Of a DNA stretch of 42,238 nt, positions 28,672 to 37,706 are shown piece after piece. How positions within the stretch are numbered: the first letter of the stretch is position 1; each line of letters starts with the position of its first letter. The position numbers and the translations under genes were made by a program. This stretch comes from a virus (Duplodnaviria > Caudoviricetes), in IMG/VR virus record IMGVR_UViG_3300028400_000001, positions 1 through 42,238 of that record; one strand, written 5' to 3'. Under the pieces are notes generated by a model, which worked only from the letters and a program-made list of their open reading frames with translations, made no database searches and was not told where the DNA came from.

Positions 28672-29111
28672 CAGGCGAGATCCTGATCGGTCAAGACTTC
28701 CAGCGTGTCCTGTGTTGGATCTGTAGCATTGTTAGCTACCTTGCGCTTGATGTAATTCTTTGCAGTCGTGAACGGAACAGTGATCTCCTTGTTCGTCTGC
28801 AATGTCGTCAATGCAGCAGAAGGAATACCGTGAACCCGCCACCGTCTACGACGGATAAAATCACCGGCAATCAGAGGATTCGGAACTTCAGCCAGGAGTT
28901 TGCTTCTCACCTTTTCAAATGGCACCGTGTCAGGAATACCCGCCACATGGATGAACCAGAACTTACTGTTCGGCGACGGGGGTTCCGTGACCCGTGCTCG
29001 CGGCCAGACTTCCACTATGTCGAACTGCCGGTAACGTCGAGCAGCCCCATCTGCTGGCAGATCGTGTGTTGCCGGAGAGTGAATAATCTCAATGGTAATA
29101 TCATAAGGCAT
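28671..29111 (-). CDS. Hypothetical protein coupled to the tailspike gene
   Basis: TGATG overlap; codon style like the tailspike N-terminal region. Confidence 0.6.
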   Translation of the reverse strand: MPYDITIEIIHSPATHDLPADGAARRYRQFDIVEVWPRARVTEPPSPNSKFWFIHVAGIPDTVPFEKVRSKLLAEVPNPLIAGDFIRRRRWRVHGIPSAALTTLQTNKEITVPFTTAKNYIKRKVANNATDPTQDTLEVLTDQDLA

Positions 29112-29122
29112 ATTAATAACTG

Positions 29123-29563
29123 TTATCTAGCATTAGTAAATATGCCGGAAGAGGAGAAAGCAATAGCAAAATCGCTTGCCGTATTCCCCTTATCCACTCC
29201 AAAATCATCTGAATATGCAACGAGACGAGAAGTTGAAGCTGTGCCAGTGTCGTAGTAGAGAATAGCCCTGCGAGCGTTAGAGAACCCTGCCGCGTCCTGG
29301 AGCCAAGTAGCAGGGTCACTTGCATCGAAAGTAATCAAGCCTGCAGTGTCCATAGAGTAGGTGGGAGTACTCGCTGCATTACCACCAGCAGTGTAGTTCG
29401 TTCCGCTAACCTCATTAGCACTAACATCATCCCAGAAGTCATGGAGATTCTGGTCAGGAGTGTAGGTAGATGTGACAAGAGCAACCTTCAACGTCCCAGT
29501 AACAGCTGCATTTTGGTCATTTACTCGGAAGTTTCTCCAAGCGTCGTAAAGGTTCCAGGCCAT
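29123..29563 (-). CDS. Conserved phage structural protein
   Basis: TLKVAL...EVSGTNYTAGG...FDA-x-D-x-x-W motif. Confidence 0.7.
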   Translation of the reverse strand: MAWNLYDAWRNFRVNDQNAAVTGTLKVALVTSTYTPDQNLHDFWDDVSANEVSGTNYTAGGNAASTPTYSMDTAGLITFDASDPATWLQDAAGFSNARRAILYYDTGTASTSRLVAYSDDFGVDKGNTASDFAIAFSSSGIFTNAR

Positions 29564-29566
29564 TGT

Positions 29567-29881
29567 TTACTGAGCCTCTTGTTTGAGGAGGTTGTGGTAG
29601 AGGATCTCCCAACCTTCAAGGGAGGAAGGAACCTCGATGCCCATGGAAGTTAGGGCCTTAATTCTCGAGTCCAACTCTCTTTGGAGGGATTGTTTAGTGT
29701 TTCCATCCAGCTGACCAGTTTTCTTGTCTTGTTCGAGGATGGAGAGGATGCGGAAGGCCCTACCTGCATGACGAGATGCTTTGATGATACTCCCGCCAGA
29801 GAGGTGGGAGAACTCAACTGCCTCAACCTCCTGCCCCTTCCATTTACCAGGGAGAGAGAAGATTTCTGTAAACCAGTTCAT
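29567..29881 (-). CDS. Hypothetical protein
   Basis: GAGG RBS; in-operon ORF. Confidence 0.6.
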   Translation of the reverse strand: MNWFTEIFSLPGKWKGQEVEAVEFSHLSGGSIIKASRHAGRAFRILSILEQDKKTGQLDGNTKQSLQRELDSRIKALTSMGIEVPSSLEGWEILYHNLLKQEAQ

Positions 29882-29910
29882 TTCGTTGGCCTCTATTTTA
29901 GAGAATCAAT

Positions 29911-30192
29911 TCACATCAAGAGCATGTTGACGGAGGGAGATGTACCACCTGTAACAACCCCTCTCACATACCTCGCCCGGACCTCCATGTTGATAGCATC
30001 GGCGGAGGTGAAGGAGAGGCCTGTAACGGAGAACCAGTTACTCCCATCAGGGGAAACTTCAACTGTCACTGTGGCACCTCCGAAAGTTCCCCAACAATAT
30101 ACAGTACGGATATTCTCTTTCGGCATCCGCCCGCCAGTTAGGAGCTCATAGGAATCTCCATTCCCATTCCCAGCACTATCAAGAATCTTCAT
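29911..30192 (-). CDS. Small beta-sandwich structural protein
   Basis: GTFGGATVTVEVSPDG-x-x-W...ARYVR motif. Confidence 0.6.
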   Translation of the reverse strand: MKILDSAGNGNGDSYELLTGGRMPKENIRTVYCWGTFGGATVTVEVSPDGSNWFSVTGLSFTSADAINMEVRARYVRGVVTGGTSPSVNMLLM

Positions 30193-30700
30193 TTACTTTC
30201 TCTCCTCCAATGTTTATATTGATTTGAGTATTCCCCTCCCCGTGAGTATTTACCTGGACCGCAGCAAGCATCCTAGCAATAACATCCTCAGCAGTTTCCT
30301 CTTCCTTCTTCTCAAGCTGAGATGCTTTGTCGAACTTCTGATGAGCACGGAGGTAGCGATCGGCAGCTTCTAGACGGAGCTTATGGTTATTGCTCTTAGC
30401 AAGGGCATCATCAATAGCGTCGATTACCTTAGGGTAGAGGGCCTTAAATCGAGCATCTTCCGCTTTGTAGTGGTTGTCCAAGAGGGAGAGAACAAGGGGA
30501 TCGGTAAGAATGCGAGAGATGGTAGAGGAGGTCTTCCCTACCTGGCGAGCAATCTCCTCATTATTCATGCCAGAGAGATGCATTCGGAGGATTTGGTAGT
30601 GGATAGGGCGAAGACGAGTTAGGTTCTTCGCGCCATTGTCTCGGCGGAGACCCTTGAGCTTTTCCTCTTGGTACAGAGTTGGAGAGTAGCTTGAGCTCAT
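30179..30700 (-). CDS. terS: Terminase small subunit (HTH)
   Basis: HTH GMNNEEIARQVGKTSSTISRIL; RLEAA helix; NININI tail. Confidence 0.6.
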   Translation of the reverse strand: MSSSYSPTLYQEEKLKGLRRDNGAKNLTRLRPIHYQILRMHLSGMNNEEIARQVGKTSSTISRILTDPLVLSLLDNHYKAEDARFKALYPKVIDAIDDALAKSNNHKLRLEAADRYLRAHQKFDKASQLEKKEEETAEDVIARMLAAVQVNTHGEGNTQININIGGEKVNEDS

Positions 30701-30701
30701 C

Positions 30702-30887
30702 TTAATCTAAATCCTCCATCGCCTTTGCTTTGAGTTTCCTCTTCTTCTCCCCTCTCACAACTTTCCCTCCTTTCTCAATGCATATGTGGAGGTATTCGTC
30801 ATCCTTCAGTCCCATTTTCTTATTCGGACCAGAGATAGTGCGGATTCTCCCGCCTCTATTCCGGCAACGATTAAAAGCGGCAGGCAT
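30702..30887 (-). CDS. Small basic hypothetical protein
   Basis: MPAAF-x-x-C...GGRIRT...HIC pattern. Confidence 0.55.
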   Translation of the reverse strand: MPAAFNRCRNRGGRIRTISGPNKKMGLKDDEYLHICIEKGGKVVRGEKKRKLKAKAMEDLD

Positions 30888-30893
30888 TGGAAG

Positions 30894-31088
30894 TTAATCT
30901 CCACCGCAATCACTAATTCCACAACGTGTGCAAGAGAAACATCCACTCCCATTCGTGATGAGCATTACGTTGCCGCAAGAAGGGCAGATGTGATTGTCTT
31001 GATTTTGGAGGTAACTATCTCCTTCCTCAAACTGGTCTCGCATAGAGGAAGAATATTCCCCGGAGAACATCTTTTCGATCTCAAGCAT
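30894..31088 (-). CDS. Small zinc-ribbon protein
   Basis: CPSCG...GCFSC-x-x-CG-x-S-x-C; GAGGAGG RBS before ATG 31088. Confidence 0.6.
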   Translation of the reverse strand: MLEIEKMFSGEYSSSMRDQFEEGDSYLQNQDNHICPSCGNVMLITNGSGCFSCTRCGISDCGGD

Positions 31089-31107
31089 CTTCACCTTCCT
31101 CCTCTCT

Positions 31108-31386
31108 TCAGCGTCCCATCTCTTTCTCAATCTGATCCAGGCGCCGTTGGCGAGTGTTGCGATCCCTCTTCAACTTCCCGGCAGTTGAGTTAGGATCACG
31201 AGCAAAGCGATCGACAGGTTTGTTGTACTTGGAACGCTTTGGCTTTCTTTTTCTCTTCTTGCGCTCATAGCCCCCAAGCATTGAGCTTTGTTTACCCTTA
31301 GCAGATGGGCGGGAGGAGGTGGAGGGAGATCCTTTCTTCGCGGAGAAGATAGCATCTACAAGGGAGTTTAGGAATTCTACACTCAC
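31108..31386 (-). CDS. Basic hypothetical protein
   Basis: GGAG RBS; GTG start; K/R-rich. Confidence 0.5.
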   Translation of the reverse strand: MSVEFLNSLVDAIFSAKKGSPSTSSRPSAKGKQSSMLGGYERKKRKRKPKRSKYNKPVDRFARDPNSTAGKLKRDRNTRQRRLDQIEKEMGR

Positions 31387-31389
31387 TAT

Positions 31390-31881
31390 TCATTCTCCGA
31401 AATTATTGGAAGATGTGTTCAAATTTTGGACAGCACTTGTCCCAATGTTTGCCCCGGCACTTGCTTTTTGCTTAAAGAGAGAAACTGGAGATTGCTTATT
31501 AAACCACCAACGGAGGCCGAAAGAAGCTGCAACAATTCCCATGAAGATTACCATATACCAAGCCGGGACACGTTGAAGGTACTCAAACCCCTTAAGGACA
31601 AAGTCTTGAACTTCCGGGATAAATGCGCCGACGAAGGGGAGAGTGATGATGATGGTAATCCACTCATCTTTCCAGGAGTACTGTGCTTGCCTCATGGCCT
31701 CCATATCCCAATCTGCTTCCACCTCCGCCAGGGCCAGCCATCTCTTCTCCTGCGCTTGGTACTTCGCAACCTCGGCAGCGATTTTTGCCTTCTTAATCTC
31801 CCTCTTCCCTCTCTGCCACTCTTTAACTCCCTCCGCAACCGGGGAGATGAGGGAAGTGAAGAAGCTGGTGATTGGATTCAC
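31390..31881 (-). CDS. Holin (3TM/GTA-holin-like)
   Basis: SWKDE motif, hydrophobic segments, P-x-WY...ASFG-x-R. Confidence 0.75.
   Translation of the reverse strand: MNPITSFFTSLISPVAEGVKEWQRGKREIKKAKIAAEVAKYQAQEKRWLALAEVEADWDMEAMRQAQYSWKDEWITIIITLPFVGAFIPEVQDFVLKGFEYLQRVPAWYMVIFMGIVAASFGLRWWFNKQSPVSLFKQKASAGANIGTSAVQNLNTSSNNFGE
31416..31432. promoter_or_regulatory. Dispersed palindrome copy 5 (TGTTCAAATTTTGGACA)
   Basis: Inside the 3' end of the holin gene. Confidence 0.65.
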
Positions 31882-31927
31882 TTTTTACCTTCCACACTAT
31901 CGGAAAATGGGCCGGGATATTGTGGGG

Positions 31928-31955
31928 AGTATAGCGTATATATAAGGAATGTCAA
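31928..31955 (-). promoter_or_regulatory. sigma70-type promoter of the structural operon
   Basis: TTGACA-16 bp-TATACT on the minus strand. Confidence 0.75.
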
Positions 31956-32255
31956 GGTTTGCCTCCTCTTTGATTATCTTTAACAACCCTCCCAATCATT
32001 ACCCTCCCTTCCATCCATTAGCATTGGAGTTCCTGGCAATGGTATGGGATTGATTGGGATTGATTGGATTTCCTCTTTTAGAAAGATGAGAGAAAATTTA
32101 AGGGAGGGCTAGTCTACGCGCGCGACCTACCGTCGGGGGGTGCTATGGGGGTGCAGACAAGGAGTGCTTGGGGTGCATTAGTTCTTTTTATGATGCCCGA
32201 GCTCCATATAATAATAGTGGGAATGGTGGAGCTGGGTTTAGGGGAGAGAGATAGT

Positions 32256-32327
32256 TGGGAATGATTCGCAAGTGGGAATGATTATCAACTGCGTTTGCAA
32301 AGGAAGTGCATTTGGGAAGGATTATCA
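32256..32327 (+). repeat. Three direct 15-bp repeats TGGGAAKGATTMKCA (Fur-box-like)
   Basis: Copies at 32256-32270, 32273-32287 and 32313-32327. Confidence 0.55.
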
Positions 32328-32381
32328 TTGTTGTTGCGGATGGGATAAGTGGATTTGATGAGTAGTATAAAAATGTTCTAA

Positions 32382-32409
32382 TTGATTTTTATTACTTGTT
32401 TGCTATAAT
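32382..32409 (+). promoter_or_regulatory. sigma70 early promoter
   Basis: TTGATT-16-TATAAT with extended -10 TG. Confidence 0.7.
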
Positions 32410-32476
32410 AACAATGTGCGGGGAAACAGTGCCCACATAATGGTAATAATATCCACAACACAACGAGGTGATTAAA

Positions 32477-32692
32477 ATGGAAAAGACACAAAACGAAAAA
32501 GAGTATATGCTAATTGAGCATAACCGAAAAAGTAATAAAACCGATATACATACTTTTGGTTATGATGATATGGTTACACTTGTGAGTGAGCATTTATCCC
32601 CTGAACAATCATGGTTATTGCATATAGAGCCTGGGCAAAGCGGCTGCATACTCTGGCCGAATGGATACATGACACTGGTACGAATTAAGTAA
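32477..32692 (+). CDS. Early hypothetical protein
   Basis: GAGGTG RBS; ATG 32477. Confidence 0.6.
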   Translation: MEKTQNEKEYMLIEHNRKSNKTDIHTFGYDDMVTLVSEHLSPEQSWLLHIEPGQSGCILWPNGYMTLVRIK

Positions 32693-32719
32693 CACTATCC
32701 AACGATAAAAAAGTTTAAT

Positions 32720-32748
32720 TGGACAATCGCCCATGGATGGGTTATGCT
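32720..32748 (+). promoter_or_regulatory. Possible sigma70 promoter
   Basis: TGGACA-17-TATGCT. Confidence 0.4.
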
Positions 32749-32806
32749 GTAACTGTACCATGATTAAATGGTGCAAGTGGTAAACCAAACCAACGAGGTG
32801 ACTATC

Positions 32807-33232
32807 ATGAACGACAAAGTGAACAATGTAAGCAAAGTGCTGGATGAAATGGAAGTCAAGGCAGGGGAGAAGGTGTCCAGGACAAAGAGCATCGACCTGG
32901 AAGGGAAGAAGGTAACTCTCTTCAACGTATCCAAGCATGATGGGACAGGGAAGAATTACAAGGTCAAATGGACCTTTGATTTTTCCAACGTGAGCGAGGA
33001 AGACCTGTTGGAACTGGCTTCTCGCGCCGTAGTGATTGCGTACAGGAAGCACTTCCGGGGAGTGGAGAAAGGGGAGATTCCGAAGTACAGGGAGCTCCTT
33101 GTGGATGTGCAGAAGAAAGTGGTGGAAAGGGAGAGGAAGCCCGCCAACCCCGTGGAGAAGGTGAAAAAGCTCATGGAGGGGTTGGGAGAGGAAGAGAAGA
33201 GGAAGCTGTTGGAAGAGCTGGGACTTGCTTGA
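32807..33232 (+). CDS. Early hypothetical protein with C-terminal helical hairpin motif
   Basis: GAGGTG RBS; ends EKVKKLMEGLGEEEKRKLLEELG. Confidence 0.7.
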   Translation: MNDKVNNVSKVLDEMEVKAGEKVSRTKSIDLEGKKVTLFNVSKHDGTGKNYKVKWTFDFSNVSEEDLLELASRAVVIAYRKHFRGVEKGEIPKYRELLVDVQKKVVERERKPANPVEKVKKLMEGLGEEEKRKLLEELGLA

Positions 33233-33282
33233 CAGGGATGCCAGCAAAGGTATCGGGAACACGGAAGTTCCCTTTCCCAATT

Positions 33283-33320
33283 AACTGCTGTTCAAATTTC
33301 GGACAGCAGTTTTTTTGTTT
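33283..33320 (+). terminator. Terminator-like hairpin formed by palindrome copy 6 (33289-33305)
   Basis: AACTGCTGTTCAAATTTCGGACAGCAGTT followed by a T run. Confidence 0.7.
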
Positions 33321-33515
33321 TGTTACTTTGTTTTGTTACTTTGTTTTGCGAGAAAGATAATACAAACCTAGGGAGAGGAAGAGGAGCACATTGTTGATTA
33401 TGTCCGATTTTGTTGTCCTTTTTCAAAGAGGCAAAATGAGGAAGGTACTCTGTATCTAACCCTGTTTTAATTTATTTTTATCGTTTTTAGAGAAACCTAG
33501 CCTACCTCCGCGCCG

Positions 33516-33916
<401 letters not shown>

Positions 33917-34089
33917 GAGGGGAGAGGGAGAGGGGATTTCTCAGATTTTGAGACATATAAAATGAGGGGGAGTTAGATGCAACAAATATCCCCCAATTTT
34001 ATTGGGGATGAGAGGAGGAGTGTTGAGTTGAGGGAGAGGATTGTTAGAGAAGAGAGACAAATAAAATTGGTACTTTTGGACAAAGTTGA

Positions 34090-34117
34090 TTGATTTTGTT
34101 GGGAGTTCTGGTATAAT
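34090..34117 (+). promoter_or_regulatory. sigma70 promoter
   Basis: TTGATT-16-TATAAT with extended -10 TG. Confidence 0.65.
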
Positions 34118-34283
34118 TGGGGGATTGGATTTGTACCGGCGGCGCTTTGTGTTGCAGCGAGTAGCAGGATTGGAAGGTAGCTGCAACGGAACGTTGCCTG
34201 GAGATAGGCACCACAATAGTACTAATGAGTATCAATACTAACATAAAGAAGAGAGCAAAGAAGAGAGGTAAAAGGTAAAGAAA

Positions 34284-35042
34284 ATGAGTAAAAAGCCTTG
34301 GAAGGAAATGAGTGAAGAGGAGAAGGTGAGAGTTATCTCTCGGCAACGCCTTGGGAGGTTCAAGCGACAGTACCTTGGTTGGAAGGAAGGGTACAAAAAG
34401 CGTCCTGTCATTCGTAGCACTACCACTCCTGGAACTGAAGCTATTAAACAATTCTTGAAAGAGCAGGGAGAGAATCCTCTCAGCTTCATTAAAGGGATGA
34501 AAGATTGGGAGGAGGAGAGGAAGAAGGCGAAGAAAGAGTATTATAAAGATTGGTACTATCAAAAGCAAATAAGGAAAGGGGAGCTATCTTTGGGGATTGG
34601 AGTTGGAGTTGGAGTTGGAGATAGTGAGGAGAGTTTTCTAAAGGAAGGGAGAAAATTCATCAAGGTCCCAATTAATAGGGAGAAGGTACAAACTGTCCTC
34701 AATCTCATGAAGAGCGCAAAGCAAGAGGAAAGGGAAAGAGGGAGTGAGATGTACCAAGAACTCCACGAATATGAAAAAGCTCTTGTCACCGAGTACTATT
34801 ATATATGGAAAGATAAGAGAGAGGGAAGAAGATGCATTGTTTGTGGAAGAGTTATTAAGAAGGATACCAGCAAAGCTAATCTCCTCCGAATCCTTCCCCA
34901 AATGGAGATGAGAGAGGTAGTAGTTTGGGAAGGTTCGAATCTCCTGGCAAAGAGATGGGGAGGGGAAGATGAAGTTTCGCTTGCGCATATATCTTGTTGT
35001 GAGAGGGAGATAGAGAAGAGGATGGAGAAAAGAGGAGAATAG
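34284..35042 (+). CDS. Hypothetical charged protein with C-terminal CxxC...HxxC
   Basis: 252-aa ORF; GAGG/AAGG RBS; lies beside the candidate origin. Confidence 0.65.
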   Translation: MSKKPWKEMSEEEKVRVISRQRLGRFKRQYLGWKEGYKKRPVIRSTTTPGTEAIKQFLKEQGENPLSFIKGMKDWEEERKKAKKEYYKDWYYQKQIRKGELSLGIGVGVGVGDSEESFLKEGRKFIKVPINREKVQTVLNLMKSAKQEERERGSEMYQELHEYEKALVTEYYYIWKDKREGRRCIVCGRVIKKDTSKANLLRILPQMEMREVVVWEGSNLLAKRWGGEDEVSLAHISCCEREIEKRMEKRGE

Positions 35043-35055
35043 CATTAACAACTAA

Positions 35056-35072
35056 TGTCCAAATTTCGGACA
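35056..35072. promoter_or_regulatory. Dispersed palindrome copy 7 (TGTCCAAATTTCGGACA)
   Basis: Identical to copy 1; about 28 bp upstream of a -35 box. Confidence 0.75.
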
Positions 35073-35099
35073 ATACTTTGAAAAAGCATCAAAAGATAC

Positions 35100-35128
35100 T
35101 TGACCACTTCCCATGTTTGTGATAAGAT
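35100..35128 (+). promoter_or_regulatory. sigma70 promoter
   Basis: TTGACC-17-TAAGAT with extended -10 TG. Confidence 0.65.
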
Positions 35129-35162
35129 GGGATTGTGTTAAATAGAAAAGGAGTAAACGAAA

Positions 35163-35354
35163 ATGAAAACTTCCATGCAACAGTCAAAGTTCCAAAAGCA
35201 AACTCGCCAAATCCCTTTCACTTGCATTCACCCTTCCCACCCTTCCAACACTCGAGGGAGGAGTAAGGGAGATATCGTCTTCGTGAACAACTACGGCCCT
35301 CTCTGCCACCACTGCGCCCTTTTGGAAAGCACGGAAAACAAGGGAGGGAACTAA
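35163..35354 (+). CDS. Small putative Zn-binding protein
   Basis: AAGGAG RBS; C-x-H...C-x-x-C. Confidence 0.55.
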   Translation: MKTSMQQSKFQKQTRQIPFTCIHPSHPSNTRGRSKGDIVFVNNYGPLCHHCALLESTENKGGN

Positions 35355-35356
35355 CA

Positions 35357-35674
35357 ATGCCTACTTCCCCTCTCAACCAATCTCGCCGCAATCTCTACAT
35401 TCGCCTGCTTAAAGGTGAAGCTACTTGGGTGAAGGATGAGGAGAGTGGGAAGTGGTATCACTCCTCCTCCCTCGACCCTTCCAAAAACGCCAAGGATTAC
35501 CTCAAGCAATTCTCTCCTGATGATCAGAAGGAAATAATCAAGGACACTGCCATTGTCTCGGCGCCGAGATGTCAAGGCCGCATCACGAAGCAAATCACTC
35601 GCCTTCTCGAAATCATGGACGAGCGAGAAGTGCAGGACTTTCTCCAAATCGTTGAAGATATGCGAGGGAAATAA
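35357..35674 (+). CDS. Hypothetical protein
   Basis: GGAGG RBS; in-operon ORF. Confidence 0.6.
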   Translation: MPTSPLNQSRRNLYIRLLKGEATWVKDEESGKWYHSSSLDPSKNAKDYLKQFSPDDQKEIIKDTAIVSAPRCQGRITKQITRLLEIMDEREVQDFLQIVEDMRGK

Positions 35675-35675
35675 G

Positions 35676-35933
35676 ATGAACTTAAAACGTGCTCATTACT
35701 CCTCCATCGAAGGCGACGCTCGGCTCCTCTTCGACTTCCTCCTCACATTCTGGGTGACAATCCTTGCATTCGCTGCATACTTCTCTCAACCTCCCCTCCC
35801 TTACTTCCTCAATGGAATCTGGACACTTTCCTTTATCTGTTTGGGAGTAGCCTGGGGAGATATTTACTTTTGGTTGGAGTATCTCTGGGAAGAAGGAGAA
35901 GAAAGTGATGAGGAGGTAGAATACTATGAATAA
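35676..35933 (+). CDS. Small membrane protein (2 TM) with acidic tail
   Basis: ATG 35676 directly after the previous stop; two hydrophobic segments. Confidence 0.55.
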   Translation: MNLKRAHYSSIEGDARLLFDFLLTFWVTILAFAAYFSQPPLPYFLNGIWTLSFICLGVAWGDIYFWLEYLWEEGEESDEEVEYYE

Positions 35934-36060
35934 TCACAACAGAAAAGAAGAGTTAAAGAAGCTCGAACGGAGGAGGGAGATTGCCAACTTCATCCACGAC
36001 TTAATCCTAACCCTCCTCATCTCCATCATGGTGATAGGAGTGGTAGTGTTGGCACTTTAA
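35926..36060 (+). CDS. Small single-TM protein (44 aa; not in the ORF track)
   Basis: GGAGG RBS; MNNHNRKEELKKLERRREIANFIHDLILTLLISIMVIGVVVLAL. Confidence 0.55.
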   Translation: MNNHNRKEELKKLERRREIANFIHDLILTLLISIMVIGVVVLAL

Positions 36061-36082
36061 CAAATAACAGGAGCCCAATCAA

Positions 36083-36448
36083 ATGAATACAACCTCCCCA
36101 ATCATAGTAATTCGTCAAACTTTCAAAAAGTCTATCAAGATCCCCGGACTCCCTATATCTGCCGGCAAACGAATGGCACTCCCCACAACTCAATACCTAA
36201 TCGGGAGTGCTGATGAGCTCGATTCCATTTTGGCCAAGGTACGCAGTGAAAGAGCTCAAATCACCTGCATTCCTCCTGCCTCAATGGCAAAGAATCTCCT
36301 CACCTCCGCCGAGAGAATCATAAAGTATCTCAACTCCAGCCCTCGAATCCATTGGAAAGATTTGAAGGAAATTCTCAAGAAACGCAACGAAGGGAGTGAT
36401 GGAAATGGGGGAAGCGAGGGAGCTATGGAGGGTAGTGATGATTCTTAA
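36083..36448 (+). CDS. Hypothetical protein
   Basis: AGGAG RBS. Confidence 0.6.
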   Translation: MNTTSPIIVIRQTFKKSIKIPGLPISAGKRMALPTTQYLIGSADELDSILAKVRSERAQITCIPPASMAKNLLTSAERIIKYLNSSPRIHWKDLKEILKKRNEGSDGNGGSEGAMEGSDDS

Positions 36449-36668
36449 GAAAAAGCATGGACTCTCAGGGAAGGACTTAAAGGACTACAAAGCCCTTGAG
36501 AAGAAACTCTTCCCTTACTACCACTCTTGGCCTTACCGATTGAGGAACGCCTATCTCTTCCTACTGGAAGGCCTCCATTACCTCATCCTAATCATCTTTG
36601 TATTCTTCGCTTCTGCCGGGATGATGGGAGTACTTTATGCTCTAGTTAAACAACTGAAAAGGTGGTGA
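36396..36668 (+). CDS. Membrane protein
   Basis: C-terminal hydrophobic helix; start codon uncertain. Confidence 0.55.
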   Translation: MMEMGEARELWRVVMILKKKHGLSGKDLKDYKALEKKLFPYYHSWPYRLRNAYLFLLEGLHYLILIIFVFFASAGMMGVLYALVKQLKRW

Positions 36669-36671
36669 GTT

Positions 36672-36938
36672 ATGAAAGATCTCAATGCTATATCCAAGAA
36701 ACTCCTCCAACGGGCAAGGGAGATGATTGACCTCTCTCAATCCTTCCTCTCTCCTCACACTTGGAACTCTTACAAACAATGGGAGGAGGAGATTAGGAAG
36801 GAGTGCAAATCTCGCGGCGTGGACTTATCTACAGTCCGCCCCGAGTGGATCGAATGCTTCGAGCTCGAACGTTGCTGGGGAAGAGGGATGAGCTCTAGCG
36901 AAATGGTAGATATTATTATTCAACTGATGGAGGTGTAA
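36672..36938 (+). CDS. Hypothetical protein
   Basis: In-operon ORF with RBS. Confidence 0.55.
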   Translation: MKDLNAISKKLLQRAREMIDLSQSFLSPHTWNSYKQWEEEIRKECKSRGVDLSTVRPEWIECFELERCWGRGMSSSEMVDIIIQLMEV

Positions 36939-36939
36939 C

Positions 36940-37503
36940 ATGAAAACAGGAAGATGGGTAGTTAAACTTGAGGAGAATAATGGCGGTGAATTGAATTATA
37001 GAGCAAGAAATGAAACTAAGTTCATCATAATCCATGCGATTGCAGAGTATATCGACACAGGAGAGCCTGGAAAGACCCCTCAATACTGTGTGGACTTTCT
37101 CCGAGAAAGGAATGAGCTCCCTCACTACTTCCTAACCCCTTCCGGCATTGTATTGAAGGGGATTCCTCACAATCTAATGGCAAACCATGCAAGGGGATTT
37201 AACTACTGCTCAGTTGGGATTGAAGTGATGCTTCCAGGCTGCCACTCCTATGCGAGCTTCGTCAAAGCGATGGGAGATAAGAATGAGCATATTCCAGCAA
37301 TATCCTACCCTTTCCTGCGATTAGAGGGGTTGATAAAAGAGCTCCTCGAAATCTACCCTAATGCAAAAATCGTAGGTCACAATGAGCTCTCTCCTGATAG
37401 AAAAGTAGATCCTGGATATCTAATCGACGTTGACATTCTCCGAGAGAGGTTCGGCCAGACCAAACCAACTATACGAGAACTCCAAGCAGGAGAACTACCA
37501 TGA
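36940..37503 (+). CDS. N-acetylmuramoyl-L-alanine amidase (Amidase_2; endolysin)
   Basis: IIIH, HYF, HARGFN-x-x-SVGIE, IVGH-x-E...RK-x-DPG zinc-amidase motifs. Confidence 0.88.
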   Translation: MKTGRWVVKLEENNGGELNYRARNETKFIIIHAIAEYIDTGEPGKTPQYCVDFLRERNELPHYFLTPSGIVLKGIPHNLMANHARGFNYCSVGIEVMLPGCHSYASFVKAMGDKNEHIPAISYPFLRLEGLIKELLEIYPNAKIVGHNELSPDRKVDPGYLIDVDILRERFGQTKPTIRELQAGELP

Positions 37504-37706
37504 ACAAAGGCGAACCGTTAATCATCTTCCGTGCCCTTAACGGCTACTATATCAAACCCTACAACACAGTGTTTGAAGATGTGGATGAGACAATTAAGTT
37601 TGTTGTATTTAAGAACTTAAACGAGCTCGAGCCATTTTTAAGGCAGCACTTTGAGAGTATTAAGGAAGATGCACAAACTGAGGAACAAAATGATGAGCAA
37701 CTCTGA
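37500..37706 (+). CDS. Hypothetical protein
   Basis: ATGA overlap; NGY motif. Confidence 0.55.
   Translation: MNKGEPLIIFRALNGYYIKPYNTVFEDVDETIKFVVFKNLNELEPFLRQHFESIKEDAQTEEQNDEQL

Noticed and set aside
33314-33348. Short tandem repeats (TTTGTTTTGTTAC; also ATTAGTTGA near 18703, GGAGTT near 34600, QSN codons near 4250)
   Set aside because: Only two or three copies of low-complexity units, consistent with slippage; no further support
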